Below are positions 62,114 to 64,000 of a stretch of DNA of 64,000 bases, one piece after another. A model generated the notes under the pieces. That model did not search any database, was not told the DNA's origin, and saw only the letters and a list, made by a program, of their open reading frames with translations. The number at the start of each line of letters is the position of its first letter. Within the stretch, counting starts at the first letter, position 1. This DNA comes from Prevotellaceae bacterium UBA4359 (GTDB lineage: Bacteria > Bacteroidota > Bacteroidia > Bacteroidales > Bacteroidaceae). The stretch lies in the NCBI GenBank assembly GCA_002393555.1, contig DGSP01000047.1, positions 14,591 through 78,590 of the forward strand, read 5' to 3'. Made by a program: the position numbers and the translations under genes.

Positions 62114-63876
62114 TACAGAGGTTTCGTCACTTCCTCCAGCCACGCTCTGTGTTCTTCGTCCAGCCGTGGTGCAAGCCGTTCATAGACAGTCTGCTGATAC
62201 TGGTTGAACCACTGGCGCTCCTCCTCGGTGAGCATATCGACAAGGATGGGGCTGGTGAGGATGGGACAGAGGGTGAGTTGCTCGAAGGCATAGTAAGGGC
62301 CGAAGGTGATGCCCTCGGAGTGGGGCACTACCAGCATGGTGTTCTCGTGGCGTACACCGTGAGAGCCTTCGATGTAGATGCCGGGCTCGTCGGTGATGGT
62401 CATGCCGGGCAGCAGTGGGGTGGGCCGCCACTGCATGCGGAACTGGTGCAGGTCGATGGCCTCGTGGACCGACATGAATTGCCCGACTCCGTGACCTGTG
62501 CCGTGCAGGTAGTTGATGCCATATTTCCACATGGCTTCGCGGGCCAGTGTGTCGAGTTGGGTGCCGCAGGTGCCTTTGGGGAAGACGGCGGAGGCGAGGC
62601 GAATCCAGCCCCGGAGTACGAGCGTGTAGTCGCGCTGCATTTCCCAGGTGAGCGGGCCGAGCGGCAGGGTGCGGGTGATGTCGGTGGTGCCGTCGAGATA
62701 CTGTCCGCCAGAGTCGATGAGCAGGAGTCCTTCGGGCTTGACGGGGATGTCCGTTTCGGGTGTGGGGTCGTAGTGGACAATGGCACCATGATGTGCGTAG
62801 CCCATGATGCTCTCGAAACTGATGCCCATGAAGAGCGGCTGCTCGGCACGGAACTCCTCCAGTTTTCGCGACAGCGAGAGTTCGGTCTGTCCTCCCTTCG
62901 GCACATTCTCCAGCGTCCATTTCATCCACTTCACCATGGCCACTCCATCCTTCTCCATCGCACGGCGGAAGCCGTTGATTTCCACCTCGTTCTTGAAGAT
63001 GAGCATCTGCTCCACGGGACTGTCCTTGCGGATGGGGCGGCTGATGGCGGAATAGGCGGCATAGTTGGTCTTTTCGGGCTGCACCCACACGGGCAGGTCG
63101 AGCGCCCGGAGGTCGGCGATGATGTCGTCATATTCGCGCAGTGTGACCCCCTCCTGCTTCAGATAGTCGGCCACTTCGGGCGTGACTTTCTCCTTGCATA
63201 TATATAGTAATGTGTCGGTCGGGGTGATGACCACGTAGCCCAGCACGAAGGGGGTGAAGGCCACATCGTCGGCGCGCAGGTTGAGGGTCCAGGCCACCTC
63301 TTCGAGCGAGCAGAGCAGCAAGGCGTTGTTGCCTGTTTTCTCTCTGATGCGCTGAATCTTCGATGCCGCGCTCTCGCCGGCGTATTCCAGTCGCTGGACA
63401 AAGGCTTTGCTCTGGGGGATAGGGGGACGGTCGGCCCAAATCTCGGCGTAGGGGTCGAGGTCGGTGCGCAGGGTGAGGCCGTAGGCTCGCAGGTCGGTCT
63501 GCAGATTCTCCACTTCCGAGGTCGTGTTCACCCAACCGTCCACACCAACCACGCTGCCTTCAGGAAGAACCTCTCCCAGCCACTCGGCGATGGAAGGGGT
63601 GCCTTCGATTTTCTCTTTCATCAGCACATAGTCCGTTCCGGCCAACTGCTCGGTGGCCTGGATGAAATAGCGTGAGTCGGTCCACAGGGCAGCCTGGTCG
63701 AGTGTCACGACGGCTGTGCCTGCCGAACCGGTGAAACCGCTAATCCAGCGGCGTGATTTCCAACGCTCGGGCACATACTCGCCCGCATGGGGGTCTGTGC
63801 TGGGGGTGATGAAGGCGCTGATGCCTTCTCGCTGCATGAGGCGACGGAGCGCCTCCACTTTCTCTGTTGTAGTCAT
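62113..63876 (-). CDS. pepP: Xaa-Pro aminopeptidase (aminopeptidase P family, M24B)
   Basis: Start at ATG 63876 (MTTTEKVEALRRLM). N-terminal creatinase-like domains, then M24 metal ligands in ...LLIDSGGQY..., HGTGHGVG, EPGIY. Confidence 0.9.
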   Translation of the reverse strand: MTTTEKVEALRRLMQREGISAFITPSTDPHAGEYVPERWKSRRWISGFTGSAGTAVVTLDQAALWTDSRYFIQATEQLAGTDYVLMKEKIEGTPSIAEWLGEVLPEGSVVGVDGWVNTTSEVENLQTDLRAYGLTLRTDLDPYAEIWADRPPIPQSKAFVQRLEYAGESAASKIQRIREKTGNNALLLCSLEEVAWTLNLRADDVAFTPFVLGYVVITPTDTLLYICKEKVTPEVADYLKQEGVTLREYDDIIADLRALDLPVWVQPEKTNYAAYSAISRPIRKDSPVEQMLIFKNEVEINGFRRAMEKDGVAMVKWMKWTLENVPKGGQTELSLSRKLEEFRAEQPLFMGISFESIMGYAHHGAIVHYDPTPETDIPVKPEGLLLIDSGGQYLDGTTDITRTLPLGPLTWEMQRDYTLVLRGWIRLASAVFPKGTCGTQLDTLAREAMWKYGINYLHGTGHGVGQFMSVHEAIDLHQFRMQWRPTPLLPGMTITDEPGIYIEGSHGVRHENTMLVVPHSEGITFGPYYAFEQLTLCPILTSPILVDMLTEEERQWFNQYQQTVYERLAPRLDEEHRAWLEEVTKPL

Positions 63877-63949
63877 TGTTGTTGCGTTTTTCCCGATTGG
63901 GAAGGCGGTGCATGGCATCAAACCCACCTCCTCTCTGGAGGGTGGCTCG

Positions 63950-64000
63950 GTGCCTCAAAAGGGGTGTGACTCACACCTATACCACACGTGTGACTCACAC
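63950..64000. repeat. Triple-palindrome repeat element, copy 3 (cut by the window end)
   Basis: GTGCCTCAAAAGG flank, then GGTGTGACTCACACC (63963-63977), spacer TATACCACA, and CGTGTGACTCACAC (63987-64000). Same orientation as copy 2. Confidence 0.85.

Noticed and set aside
1-64000. Search for tRNA/rRNA genes, IS elements, integrases, phage genes, toxin-antitoxin pairs or known defence systems
   Set aside because: No cloverleaf-like or rRNA-like sequence was seen in any intergenic gap. No transposase, integrase, restriction, Cas or abortive-infection motif turned up among the ORFs. The window looks like core chromosome plus polysaccharide-utilisation-type accessory genes. Eye inspection cannot exclude small RNAs.

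Overview
This 64-kb chromosomal window looks like a GC-rich member of the Bacteroidales, probably Prevotellaceae-like. The signs are SusC/SusD pairs, a T9SS C-terminal sorting tail, TAnnTTTG -7 promoter boxes and lipoproteins with Cys followed by acidic residues. Layout: (1) The tail of the ribosomal alpha operon rpsM-rpsK-rpsD-rpoA-rplQ (1-2.8 kb). (2) A stand-alone secreted GH43-LamG-T9SS enzyme (2.9-5.9 kb). (3) An 18-kb, 7-gene operon with two SusC/SusD pairs and three fasciclin (FAS1) lipoproteins but no CAZyme or regulator (6.4-24.3 kb). (4) A probable operon (24.6-33.5 kb) of a 1342-aa CarboxypepD_reg/MG2-like secreted protein, a 1002-aa dual-receiver + PPDK_N ATP-grasp protein and a decayed amino-acid ABC transporter, convergent with an ABC exporter. 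(5) nadK, exbB-exbD-tonB, a DJ-1 family gene and ispD. (6) A compact module (39.9-47.9 kb): a reduced-architecture two-component system (REC+Fis-HTH regulator, sensor-less histidine kinase) divergent from an outer-membrane beta-barrel gene, followed by an FtsX permease and an ABC ATPase. All three promoters in this module carry the same 21-nt palindrome at the same distance from a TAnnTTTG box. (7) A GH43-like gene, then a minus-strand housekeeping block: recG-dnaG, folE, SPOR, tpiA, DoxX-like, DUF1599, M23/LysM peptidase, ndk, xseB-xseA, a hypothetical gene, ruvA and pepP. I saw no rRNA, tRNA, CRISPR, transposase, integrase or phage genes. Non-coding highlights are a ~110-bp repeat family built from three phased 15-bp perfect palindromes (3 loci), a C-rich hairpin element present both inside a CDS and as a gene terminus, and several long AT-rich hairpins built from short tandem repeats. 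All functional calls come from motif recognition by eye; no database search or folding program was run.
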